From contig JAEOTO010000021.1 in NCBI GenBank assembly GCA_016839805.1, positions 1 through 35,278 on the forward strand: a stretch of DNA of 35,278 nucleotides, read 5' to 3'. Positions 1 through 8,560 of the stretch are shown piece after piece. Within the stretch, counting starts at the first letter, position 1, and every line of letters begins with the position of its first letter. The translations under genes were made by a program, and so were the position numbers. The notes beneath the pieces are model-generated. The model saw nothing but the letters and a program-made list of their open reading frames with translations. It was not told the origin of the DNA and did not search any database. This DNA comes from Candidatus Hermodarchaeota archaeon (GTDB lineage Archaea > Asgardarchaeota > Hermodarchaeia > Hermodarchaeales > Hermodarchaeaceae).

Positions 1-432
1 AGAGCGGAATTACCACTCCTTTCGCTCGACCACCGCCGAACTTCTTTCGACGAAGTTGAGTTAGCGCTTTCAAAGGAACTGGCAATAAAGGAAGCTCAGC
101 GGTGTCTTCAATGTGAACTTCGCCTCAGAATTACTCCACCAACACCGCCACCCGAATCCTGGATCCTCTTTAATGTCGAGCATATTCAGTCAATTCCACA
201 AGGACCCGGTGTCTTCACGCTTGCTGACCAAGAAAAAACGATTTTAATTATCAAAGGTACAGCGAACCTTCAATTAACCTTGAAAGAACAACTGACCCTT
301 CAACCAAATGCCAGACTTTTCAAATTCGAAGAAGATCCGATGTACACTCAACGAGAAACGGAGCTTCTCCAACAATATGTCCAAGATCACGGTAAAATGC
401 CCGGTGAGGATGAACTTGATGACCTCTTCTAA
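1..432 (+). CDS. 3' fragment of FAD-dependent oxidoreductase (GltD/NfnB/BzdV-like) with C-terminal GIY-YIG-like domain; 5'-truncated by window edge
   Basis: Frame 1 is open from base 1 to TAA at 430-432 (not in the ORF track): RAELPLLSLDHRRTSFDEVELALSKELAIKEAQRCLQCELRL...IPQGPGVFTLADQEKTILIIKGTANL...RETELLQQYVQDHGKMPGEDELDDLF. The 'F-x-EVE...EAxRCLxC' motif is typical of GltD/NfnB-type oxidoreductases. Confidence 0.7.
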   Translation, partial: RAELPLLSLDHRRTSFDEVELALSKELAIKEAQRCLQCELRLRITPPTPPPESWILFNVEHIQSIPQGPGVFTLADQEKTILIIKGTANLQLTLKEQLTLQPNARLFKFEEDPMYTQRETELLQQYVQDHGKMPGEDELDDLF

Positions 433-467
433 ACCAACTACTTCGACGCTCAATTAGGTTGATTACA

Positions 468-686
468 ATGACCAACACGACGGATAAAGAATTAGAAAAA
501 CAGGGATGGACTAAACGGTTTAGTGTTGAAGAAGTTAGGGCAGTCGAATATAAGACTAATTACGAAGAGCTTGGTTTTGAGGTTCTGATTTTACCAACCG
601 CTGAAGTTGAAACCGATATAACCTGTGATCAATGTATCCACGCAGGTGCCTGCACATTGGTCACTATCTTTACAAAACCGAAATAA
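468..686 (+). CDS. Small conserved hypothetical protein with CxxC (putative metal-binding)
   Basis: ATG at 468 after AGGTTGA. Sequence GWTKRFSVEEVRAVEYKTNYEELGFEV...CDQC...C..TIFTKP. Lies 35 bp after the upstream oxidoreductase, likely co-transcribed. Confidence 0.7.
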   Translation: MTNTTDKELEKQGWTKRFSVEEVRAVEYKTNYEELGFEVLILPTAEVETDITCDQCIHAGACTLVTIFTKPK

Positions 687-705
687 TCAATAAACAATGA
701 TGGTA

Positions 706-1578
706 CTAGGATTCAAGTCCAAGTAGTCTTATAGCGTTCTCACCAAGAATTTTGGCTTTTGTTTTTTCACCGATTTCGAGGTCTTGAATGATTTCAATAT
801 TATCGGCTATACTCGAAACCCCTGGCCAGTCACTGCCAAAAAGTACCCTTTCAGCAACTTTTTCTAGTTGAGGGAAGTATCGAAGCAGATTCTTGGGAGG
901 CAAACCAGAAATTTCGAGGAATACATTGGAGTGGAGCCGGGTAACATAAAATGCCATATCAAACCAAGGACCTCTGCCACCATGTACGACAATGACAGGC
1001 ATTTTTGGAAAATCGGATGCCACATCATCTAAGAATAATGGATTTCCATATTTCAGCCGGGCACCCGGGAAAATACTAGTCCCAGTATGAAACATAACAG
1101 GAATACCAAGACTCTCCGCTTTTTCATATAATTCGCGTAATCCTTCCATTCGTTGGGAGGTCGCATACGCATTCGGATAAAAGTATTGATAGGTGGGATA
1201 GAGCTTCAAACCTCGCATACCAAGAGCCTGGATAGCATGTTCAAGAGTGCCTTTAGAGTCTTGATCTTCAGTGGGATCAATGGAACAAAAAGGAATAAGG
1301 CGGTCACGGTGGTTTTTACAAAACTCAGCGATGAACTCGTTGGTTACTACACCAGTGACCTTAGGTGAGATTTCAGCTAAAATGACTGCCCAATCCACAC
1401 TACTATCATCTAACATGGCAATGATATTTTCAGGTGTCATGATTTCATTTTGTATCTCATAAAGGCCTGGATTTAGTTTCTTGAAGAGCTTGTGTATTGC
1501 GGGATTCCAATGTTCACGTTTTCCTACATGTATATGAAAATCTACAATTCTCATCTTTTTTGTTGCTTTCCTGCTCAT
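706..1578 (-). CDS. Amidohydrolase family protein (Amidohydro_2, TIM-barrel metallohydrolase)
   Basis: Motifs DFHIH, GLKLYP, VMFHTG, VHGG and FGSDWP. Confidence 0.9.
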   Translation of the reverse strand: MSRKATKKMRIVDFHIHVGKREHWNPAIHKLFKKLNPGLYEIQNEIMTPENIIAMLDDSSVDWAVILAEISPKVTGVVTNEFIAEFCKNHRDRLIPFCSIDPTEDQDSKGTLEHAIQALGMRGLKLYPTYQYFYPNAYATSQRMEGLRELYEKAESLGIPVMFHTGTSIFPGARLKYGNPLFLDDVASDFPKMPVIVVHGGRGPWFDMAFYVTRLHSNVFLEISGLPPKNLLRYFPQLEKVAERVLFGSDWPGVSSIADNIEIIQDLEIGEKTKAKILGENAIRLLGLES

Positions 1579-1737
1579 ACCTCATCAACTATTGTTATGG
1601 CGTAATTGTGTGGTTATTCTTCGTTTCTGATTGGTATTTCTTTACGAGGTTGGTTGTGGCTAAAAGGTTTTATTATAACAGGACCTTCACGTAGTAACTC
1701 CATTATACTTTTTCCAATTGTGATGGTGTGTATAGAA

Positions 1738-3642
1738 ATGAGTAAATCCCTAATGACCGGTAAAGCTGGTGATGTGTTCATCGGCTTGGGTAATGATGCA
1801 ATTGCTCGTGGTGCCTTCGAAGCAGGCGTTCATTTCGCTGCCGCATACCCTGGTACACCATCATCAGAGATTTTAGGGAATCTAGCCACAGTAGCCAAAG
1901 ATTCTGACCTCTATGTGGAATGGAGTGTCAATGAAAAAGTTGCCTTTGAAGCCGCCACAGCCGCAGCCTGGGCAGGTCTTCGTGCCATGGCTTCAATGAA
2001 GCTCAATGGGCTCTTCGTTTTATTAGACTCCTTAATCAACATTGCTTATACTGGTCACGGTTCAGGTGGATTGGTCTTAGTAGTAGCGGATGATCCATTT
2101 GCTCACAGCTCCACAACTGAAGGTGATGCCCGACCCCTAGGGTATTATTCTGACATCGTTGTGCTTGAACCATCTACTCATCAAGAAGCAAAGGATATCA
2201 TGTCTTACGCCTTCGATTTATCTGAAAAATTTGGCATCATTGTCATGGTACGAGAAACAACACGTTTAGCCCATAGTCGAGCTCCATTCAAATTAGGAAA
2301 ACCTATTCGGCAAAATAGAACCGCGAAATTTGATTATAATCTTCCTTTACACAATCTTCCTCGCCCTCATTTACGACATGGCACGCTACATGCTAAGTTA
2401 GAAAAAATCCGTAAAGATGAATTTGAAAAATCTCCTTGGAATCGGTATGATGGACCGTCAAAACCCTCCCTACTAATTATCACATCAGGTGTAGCTTGGA
2501 AATATGCACGAGAGGCAGTTGATATTCTCCAATTACAGGATGTCGGGATTCTTAGAATTGCTACACTTGCACCATTGCCCAAATCAATGATTCTTAAACG
2601 ACTAAAGACGACAACTGGTGTACTCTTCTTCGAAGAGGTTGATCCATATTTAGAAGAGCAAGTCCGCAGCTTAGCTTCGGAGTTGTCATCCAAGACAATT
2701 CCTAGATTTTTTGGAAAATTATCTGGGCACATACCAAGTTATGGCGAAATTGACATCAATCTAGCAATTAAGGCAATAACATCTTTGAGGAATCTAAAAT
2801 ATTCTCCAGTTCAGGAAGAATATCTAAGCATTGTAAAAGATGCTCCTGATATTGTTCCAAGGCGAATTCTCACCTTCTGTCCTGGTTGTCCTCATCGACC
2901 TGCTTATTATAGTATTTACCGAGCGATTAAACGCAATAAGGGCAAAGGGATTGTCACCGGAGATATCGGGTGTTATTCACTCGGCGTGTTCTATCATGGA
3001 GTCATGCGTAACCAGCATTCGATGGGTGCTGGAGTTGGAATCGCTAGTGGCCTTGGCAAACTAGACCAGTTTGGTTTAGATGACCCAGTTATTTCAGTGA
3101 TTGGGGATTCAACTTTTTATCATGCCTGTCTCCCCGCCCTAGTCAATATTATCTATAATCAATCAAAGGCGATTGTATGTGTGCTAGATAACAACGCTAC
3201 CGCAATGACAGGGTTTCAGCCACATCCTGGTACAGGCTTTACAGCAACCGGAGACGTGACTTCTAAGGTTCCTATAGAGCGAGTGCTTCAGGGGATTGGT
3301 TATCAATCCATCTCAGTTGTGGATCCATTTAACATCAAAGAATCAATCGATACCGTTTTCAAAGCCCTGAGATCAGCTGACAGTGAAGCTATCATCTTTC
3401 GACGAGAATGTGCATTAATCACTAATCGCCAAAGACGACAACAGCAAGAACCCATTCCATTATTTACTGTTGATATTGACAAATGCTTTGGAGAACAATG
3501 TAAGATATGCTCAGTAGAATTCAATTGCCCTGCATGTGTCTGGGATAACGAATCCAATAAAGCGCGAATTGATATCACTTTATGTAATGGCTGTGGAGTT
3601 TGTGTTGACGTGTGTCCTCACAATGCTATCCACGCTCTTTAG
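1738..3642 (+). CDS. iorA: Indolepyruvate:ferredoxin oxidoreductase alpha subunit
   Basis: GNDAIARG, YPGTPSSEI, EWSVNEKVA, FCPGCPHR, GDIGCY, GDSTFYH, AMTGFQP and a C-terminal ferredoxin CNGCGVCVDVCP. Likely start is ATG 1738 (MSKSLMTG) rather than 1606. Confidence 0.95.
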   Translation: MSKSLMTGKAGDVFIGLGNDAIARGAFEAGVHFAAAYPGTPSSEILGNLATVAKDSDLYVEWSVNEKVAFEAATAAAWAGLRAMASMKLNGLFVLLDSLINIAYTGHGSGGLVLVVADDPFAHSSTTEGDARPLGYYSDIVVLEPSTHQEAKDIMSYAFDLSEKFGIIVMVRETTRLAHSRAPFKLGKPIRQNRTAKFDYNLPLHNLPRPHLRHGTLHAKLEKIRKDEFEKSPWNRYDGPSKPSLLIITSGVAWKYAREAVDILQLQDVGILRIATLAPLPKSMILKRLKTTTGVLFFEEVDPYLEEQVRSLASELSSKTIPRFFGKLSGHIPSYGEIDINLAIKAITSLRNLKYSPVQEEYLSIVKDAPDIVPRRILTFCPGCPHRPAYYSIYRAIKRNKGKGIVTGDIGCYSLGVFYHGVMRNQHSMGAGVGIASGLGKLDQFGLDDPVISVIGDSTFYHACLPALVNIIYNQSKAIVCVLDNNATAMTGFQPHPGTGFTATGDVTSKVPIERVLQGIGYQSISVVDPFNIKESIDTVFKALRSADSEAIIFRRECALITNRQRRQQQEPIPLFTVDIDKCFGEQCKICSVEFNCPACVWDNESNKARIDITLCNGCGVCVDVCPHNAIHAL

Positions 3643-3644
3643 GG

Positions 3645-4259
3645 GTGAGCAAAATAATATACGATGATCCATTCAACATTGTGATTGCTGGTGTGGGGGG
3701 TCAAGGGAATGTCCTCTCTTCACGCTTAATTGCTGATGCAGCAATTACTAAGGGTTTCATTGCTGCGATTGGAGAAACCTATGGAGCTGCCCAACGTGGT
3801 GGATCAGTGATGTCTCATATTCGGATAAGTAAACATGATGTTGGGCCACTTATCCCACTACACTCTGCCCATTTACTCTTGGGCTTTGAACCAATTGAAG
3901 CACTCCGAGTAGGCGCTCGCTACCTTAATCCTTCAAGCGTTGCCATCGTGAACATGCATCCAGTCTATCCAGTTGAGGTACTCACTGGCCAACTTAAATA
4001 CCCTTCAATTGATGAAGTTGAAAGACGGCTCAAAACACTCTGTTCACGTTTATTTACACTTGATGCGGTGGAATTAGCGGAACAAGCTGGGAACCCCCTG
4101 GTAATGAATACTGTAATGGTAGGCGCCCTGGCAGGGGTTGATCTCATGCCAATAAAAACTCTGATGCTGGAGAAAGAAATCGCGAAAATTCGTCGCTTAA
4201 AGGAAGTCAATCAAAAAGCATTCAATCTTGGTGTCAATGCTATTAAGACAAATTTGTAA
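3645..4259 (+). CDS. iorB: Indolepyruvate:ferredoxin oxidoreductase beta subunit
   Basis: IVIAGVGGQG, GETYGAAQRGGSVMSHIRI, FEPIEALR, NTVMVGAL. GTG start 2 nt after the iorA stop. Confidence 0.95.
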   Translation: MSKIIYDDPFNIVIAGVGGQGNVLSSRLIADAAITKGFIAAIGETYGAAQRGGSVMSHIRISKHDVGPLIPLHSAHLLLGFEPIEALRVGARYLNPSSVAIVNMHPVYPVEVLTGQLKYPSIDEVERRLKTLCSRLFTLDAVELAEQAGNPLVMNTVMVGALAGVDLMPIKTLMLEKEIAKIRRLKEVNQKAFNLGVNAIKTNL

Positions 4260-4293
4260 CAATTATTCATGCTTTTTAGAGATACGTTTGATA

Positions 4294-5289
4294 TTAGCTC
4301 TTCAATAGATGTTTGTCAATCCCTGCTTTAGCCAGAAATATTTCAAATTCCCCTTTATTGACATTTGAATCTGGGGTTCTTCCAATGATGAGTTTGCCAT
4401 CAAAAAGTGCGACATTTCTAATTGGAATGCCACCTTGCTCCAAGTAGAGGTCAAAGAAAAAGGGTAGAAACGCTAACTCGCTGTATTCTTCTAGTAATTG
4501 GGCTACAGTCTGGTTTTCGAATTGAAGGAAACTGGTTATGATTTCTCGGGCTGTTACTGGTCCTTCCTTACTTTCGAAGTGGTAAGGGACCTTCCCTAGC
4601 TCAATAAATTCTTGGGCTTGAAGGCTGCTAGGAGAATAGAGGATGATTCGTCCGTCTTCTAATGTGAAAGAGGAGGGTTTAACAGTGGTCTCTTCGGGTT
4701 TCTTCAAACTTTTTAATTGAATTTTCGGGCCAGGTTTACTTCGAAATAATGTTTCTCGAATTGCCAGTCTAAGTTCTAGTGGGATGTTGATTTCTGCCAG
4801 AAGTTCATTTGCAGTGAGTATCTGTTTTCCTTTTACCGATTGGCGATGTAAAATAAGTGGCTTATCTCGGGTTGAAATGCGGATTACTATCGTACCGAAT
4901 CGTCGTCGAATGATATCATCTATGGCTTTAAGATAGGGCGTCACTGCCTTTACAAAGAATCCCACATTATCTTTCAGGTCTTTCTTCTCAGGCAGTTCAA
5001 GTTGGTCATGAGTAATGACTAAGAAACTATCAAGGATTTTCAGTTCTTTCACATAATACAAGCGTTTTCGATACGCAAATGCCCCTTCCCGATTTAGTAG
5101 ATTTGGATGCACCTTAACAGGTTTAGTGAAGTTCACTTGAGCACCAGATTTTGTACAAATAGTAAAAGCGCAATCTCGATGTTTCACAGCATACTCAAAG
5201 GCTTTGGAAAAAACATAATTCGCTGGGAAAGTTGTCCGTGAGAGGACTTCAAGTCGTTCAGAGATAACCTGATCAATAGTCTCCGACAT
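4294..5289 (-). CDS. Hypothetical protein (~331 aa)
   Basis: Long ORF with ATG at 5289 preceded by AGGGGA. No recognisable motif. Confidence 0.75.
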   Translation of the reverse strand: MSETIDQVISERLEVLSRTTFPANYVFSKAFEYAVKHRDCAFTICTKSGAQVNFTKPVKVHPNLLNREGAFAYRKRLYYVKELKILDSFLVITHDQLELPEKKDLKDNVGFFVKAVTPYLKAIDDIIRRRFGTIVIRISTRDKPLILHRQSVKGKQILTANELLAEINIPLELRLAIRETLFRSKPGPKIQLKSLKKPEETTVKPSSFTLEDGRIILYSPSSLQAQEFIELGKVPYHFESKEGPVTAREIITSFLQFENQTVAQLLEEYSELAFLPFFFDLYLEQGGIPIRNVALFDGKLIIGRTPDSNVNKGEFEIFLAKAGIDKHLLKS

Positions 5290-5368
5290 AAGTATTCCCC
5301 TGCTAAAACACAATCAAAATTGTGCATTGTGAGATTATAAGCTTCGTGCACCAATTATTGAATCTCAT

Positions 5369-5929
5369 TCACCTATCTGGTTGGTTGTCTTGTTTTTTTG
5401 CTGATACTTTCGTTCCCCGTCGTTTACGAGGTTTCTTGGAGACAGAACGAGATTTCATGGCCTTCCAAGCTTCTGCACCCACCTTCAGTGAATGGTGGGG
5501 TGTATTGGAAGATATGACGCAATCCGTCTCTGTAATTTCAGTAGGAACTGGTAAATTCAATTGTTCACAGATAAGTGTTCGAGTGGCAATCAGACAATCA
5601 CGGGGATGACACAAAGCCAGTCGAAGTTCCAATTTATCTTCCACATAGTTTGGAACCCATGAACGACCTGCACGGGGAAGGTCATAAAAGGGATAAACAA
5701 ACAGGATGGCTGGAAACTCAGCTCGCTGAGCTTTCACCGAATTATATAAGACACGAGCAAACAACCATTTTCGAGAACGTTCAAATTCCACTGCTAGTAG
5801 ACGCTGGGATCCTTTAGTGATAGCAAAATCAATTCGTGTTCGATCAGGTGTTAGGAACTCATGCCAACCTTCGACACCCAATTCTTCCACTAACTCTGTG
5901 AGTCCAGCAACTAGGGCTTTAACTCGCAT
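5369..5929 (-). CDS. Putative PD-(D/E)XK restriction-endonuclease-fold protein with basic C-terminal tail
   Basis: E..TPDRTRIDFAI...LLAVEFERS fits an E/D/ExE nuclease core. Tail KKPRKRRGTKVSAKK. ATG preceded by AGGTG. Confidence 0.6.
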   Translation of the reverse strand: MRVKALVAGLTELVEELGVEGWHEFLTPDRTRIDFAITKGSQRLLAVEFERSRKWLFARVLYNSVKAQRAEFPAILFVYPFYDLPRAGRSWVPNYVEDKLELRLALCHPRDCLIATRTLICEQLNLPVPTEITETDCVISSNTPHHSLKVGAEAWKAMKSRSVSKKPRKRRGTKVSAKKQDNQPDR

Positions 5930-6100
5930 CGATTGAACACCTGAACTATGTCAAATGATGCACCCAATTGCATTAATTATTTCGGCTACTAGCAGACTCG
6001 TGCCAAGGAGCACTCATATTGCAGCCGACAGCTTCAAAAATGAAATCACATATTATCTGGATTAAGTTCGACTTTGTTACCAATTATTGGAGGAAAATGA

Positions 6101-6388
6101 ATGTCTCCGACTTTAGGAAAATTAGAATCTTCAAAGGATAAATGGACATCTATTGGCATGACGACTAACACAAAAAAGCGATTCGTCGCCATGAAAAAAG
6201 CATTTGAGAAAGCCTTGAATCTTGGTCCTCAGACTTGGGACTACTTTTTCAACGCACTACTAGATTTAGGTCCCCTTACTTGGAATTTCCTAATCAAAGA
6301 ATCCGTGAAGAGCATTCAAGCCTCCATGGAACCATGCCCCTTCCCTAGACAACGAACCAATAAATCAAAAGAGACCCCCGCATTATAA
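6101..6388 (+). CDS. Small hypothetical protein, probable ribbon-helix-helix/antitoxin-like DNA-binding protein
   Basis: GGAGGA SD upstream. TSIGMTTNTKKRFVAMKK...G..TWD resembles archaeal RHH 'TTI.VS.ETK.RL..LK..G.TWDE'. Internal 15-aa repeat. Confidence 0.55.
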   Translation: MSPTLGKLESSKDKWTSIGMTTNTKKRFVAMKKAFEKALNLGPQTWDYFFNALLDLGPLTWNFLIKESVKSIQASMEPCPFPRQRTNKSKETPAL

Positions 6389-6488
6389 TCTGCAACGTTA
6401 CTCATTCATCATCGTAACTATCAAATGTATATAAAGAATAAGACTTAGTAACCCGATCTCTTGGTTTACAAAAACGAGGGAAGATTCG

Positions 6489-7940
6489 ATGTCAAAAAGT
6501 CAACAGCTAATAATCTTGCAACTCAACGATAGCCATGGTTACCTCGAACCACATAACGAAATCTTCAGGAAAGGAGGACGCACACTAACCCGCAAGGTTG
6601 GTGGATTCGCTCGTATTGCTACACTATTCAACCAAACACAAATAGAGCATCCTAACGCCGTGCTAACCTTTGATTGCGGAGATACCATCCATGGCACCTA
6701 TCCCGTCGTCCAAAGTCAAGGCAAAGCCATGATTCCCATTCTCAATGCCATGGCCTTTGATGCCATGACAGCTCACTGGGAATTCGCCTATGGACCCGCC
6801 GAATTTCAAGTGCTGACACACCAACTCAACTACCCCATGCTCGCTATCAACTGCTACGAAAAAGACACTAAAACCCTCATCTTCTCACCGGGCACCATCA
6901 TCGAACGCAATGGTTTACAGGTTGGTGTTGTTGGCATTGCCTCCAATATCGTCGATAAGACTATGCCTCCTTCCTTCAGCGAAGGCGTATATTTCACTCT
7001 CGGCAACGAAAAACTCCCAAATTATATCACAAACCTTCGTGAAAAGGAACGCGTTGATCTCATCCTCGTTTTATCACACCTTGGCTATCCACAGGATCTT
7101 AAACTCGCAGCTGAAGTGGACGGTATTGACATTCTCCTTAGTGCTCATACCCACAATCGCTTATACAAACCTGTAGTTGTCAACCGCGCTGTAATCTTTC
7201 AATCTGGAAGCCACGGCTCCTTCATTGGGCGTCTTGATGTAACGATTTCCAACAAACGTGTGAAGACCTTTAAACATCAACTAATTCCAGTCGAGGAATC
7301 CATCACTCCCAATCCTGCGGTCCAGGACATGATTGGAGGCATTCTCACCAAATCCCAATGTTCCATGCTAAATAGTGTGGTTGGGAAAACTCGCAGTACA
7401 CTCAGCCGTTGGCGGACCCTCGAATCAACTATGGATAATCTGCTCCTAGAATCCTGTTTAGAGGCAAGTGGCACTGAAATTGCCATTTCAAACGGTTGGC
7501 GCTATGGTGCCCCTATTCCACCCGGAAATATCACCATGAATGACCTTTGGAACATCATTCCAGATAATCCTCCAATATCCATCTGTGACATCACGGGCGC
7601 AGAACTCTGGCAAATGATGGAAGATAGCCTTGAAAACACCTTCTCCCGTGACCCCTATCGACAAATGGGAGGCTACGTCAAACGCGCCTTGGGCATCAAC
7701 TTCTACTTCAAAATTGAGAATCCATACCGGAAACGAATTCAGGAGTTCTTCGTGGGTGGACAACACCTGAATCCAGCTAAGACCTATCAGGCCTGTTTCT
7801 TAACAGTTCAAAGCATTCCTACCCGTTATGGTAAGAACCGACGTGGGATTCCGGTTAAAGCAATTGATGCATTAAAGCAATACGTTGAGACTCATACTCC
7901 GATTACTTCTGTTTTGAAAGGAACAATCGTTCCAATCTAA
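6489..7940 (+). CDS. Metallophosphoesterase/5'-nucleotidase family protein, SoxB-like
   Basis: NDSHG, DCGDTIHG, DAMTAHWEF, LSHLG, SAHTH and C-terminal 5'-nucleotidase domain (SNGWRYG, QMGGY). No signal peptide. Confidence 0.85.
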   Translation: MSKSQQLIILQLNDSHGYLEPHNEIFRKGGRTLTRKVGGFARIATLFNQTQIEHPNAVLTFDCGDTIHGTYPVVQSQGKAMIPILNAMAFDAMTAHWEFAYGPAEFQVLTHQLNYPMLAINCYEKDTKTLIFSPGTIIERNGLQVGVVGIASNIVDKTMPPSFSEGVYFTLGNEKLPNYITNLREKERVDLILVLSHLGYPQDLKLAAEVDGIDILLSAHTHNRLYKPVVVNRAVIFQSGSHGSFIGRLDVTISNKRVKTFKHQLIPVEESITPNPAVQDMIGGILTKSQCSMLNSVVGKTRSTLSRWRTLESTMDNLLLESCLEASGTEIAISNGWRYGAPIPPGNITMNDLWNIIPDNPPISICDITGAELWQMMEDSLENTFSRDPYRQMGGYVKRALGINFYFKIENPYRKRIQEFFVGGQHLNPAKTYQACFLTVQSIPTRYGKNRRGIPVKAIDALKQYVETHTPITSVLKGTIVPI

Positions 7941-8521
7941 TTATCAAACAGCACTTTTGGAGAGGACCAATGAATATCATTTGAAGCATTATTCTGTTTA
8001 AAGGTTAATTTGAAAACCCGATCAACACTCAGAAATGCTACAGCTCCAACGATACTGCCAAATGTCACCTGAAAGATATTTCCAGGAACCTCCACTACTG
8101 CTGCAGCAAATCCATACATCACGGTCTCTGCTATAAAATATCCAGAAACCATCACAACACTACCAGCTAGCAACGCTAGAAATAATCGCCATTCAACTCG
8201 ACGAACTGGTTTCCATACCCAAAAGATTGTTCCAGTCACTGCTCCCTCAAGACCCTTTACGACGAATGTAATTGGAATATAGTGAATATACCCTAAAGCG
8301 TAATCTGCAAGAGCTGACCCTAACCCGCCAGCAATCCCGCCCAGAGGTCCTAAAAGCAACCCTGATAACAAAACACCAGCATCCCCTAAGTTAATATAAC
8401 CCTGAGTCGCGGGAATCGGAATCGAAACGACCATGGTCAAAACAGTCGTTAATGCCGTAAGAATCGCTAAAAACGCTAAGCGAAACGATAAACGGTTTGT
8501 CCAATCATTTCCTTCTACCAA
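7937..8521 (-). CDS. ECF transporter S component (vitamin/precursor-binding)
   Basis: Multi-TM protein with IPIPATQGYINLGDAG, GSALAD and TFVVKGLEG. GGAGGTGA SD before TTG. 4-nt convergent overlap with the upstream gene. Confidence 0.9.
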   Translation of the reverse strand: MVEGNDWTNRLSFRLAFLAILTALTTVLTMVVSIPIPATQGYINLGDAGVLLSGLLLGPLGGIAGGLGSALADYALGYIHYIPITFVVKGLEGAVTGTIFWVWKPVRRVEWRLFLALLAGSVVMVSGYFIAETVMYGFAAAVVEVPGNIFQVTFGSIVGAVAFLSVDRVFKLTFKQNNASNDIHWSSPKVLFDN

Positions 8522-8560
8522 CTAATCACCTCCCATCAAACTAGTTTTTCCCCACCAACA

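Noticed and set aside
1606-1737. N-terminal extensions given by the ORF track (iorA from 1606, ilvE from 9523, 25111, 30715, 26906 and similar)
   Set aside because: They run through promoter/SD regions or overlap neighbouring genes; homology-like sequence starts at downstream ATG/GTG codons.
5982-6028. SECIS element / selenoprotein recoding
   Set aside because: Apical helix only 5 bp, no AA loop, and no gene in the window shows an in-frame TGA interrupting a recognisable domain.
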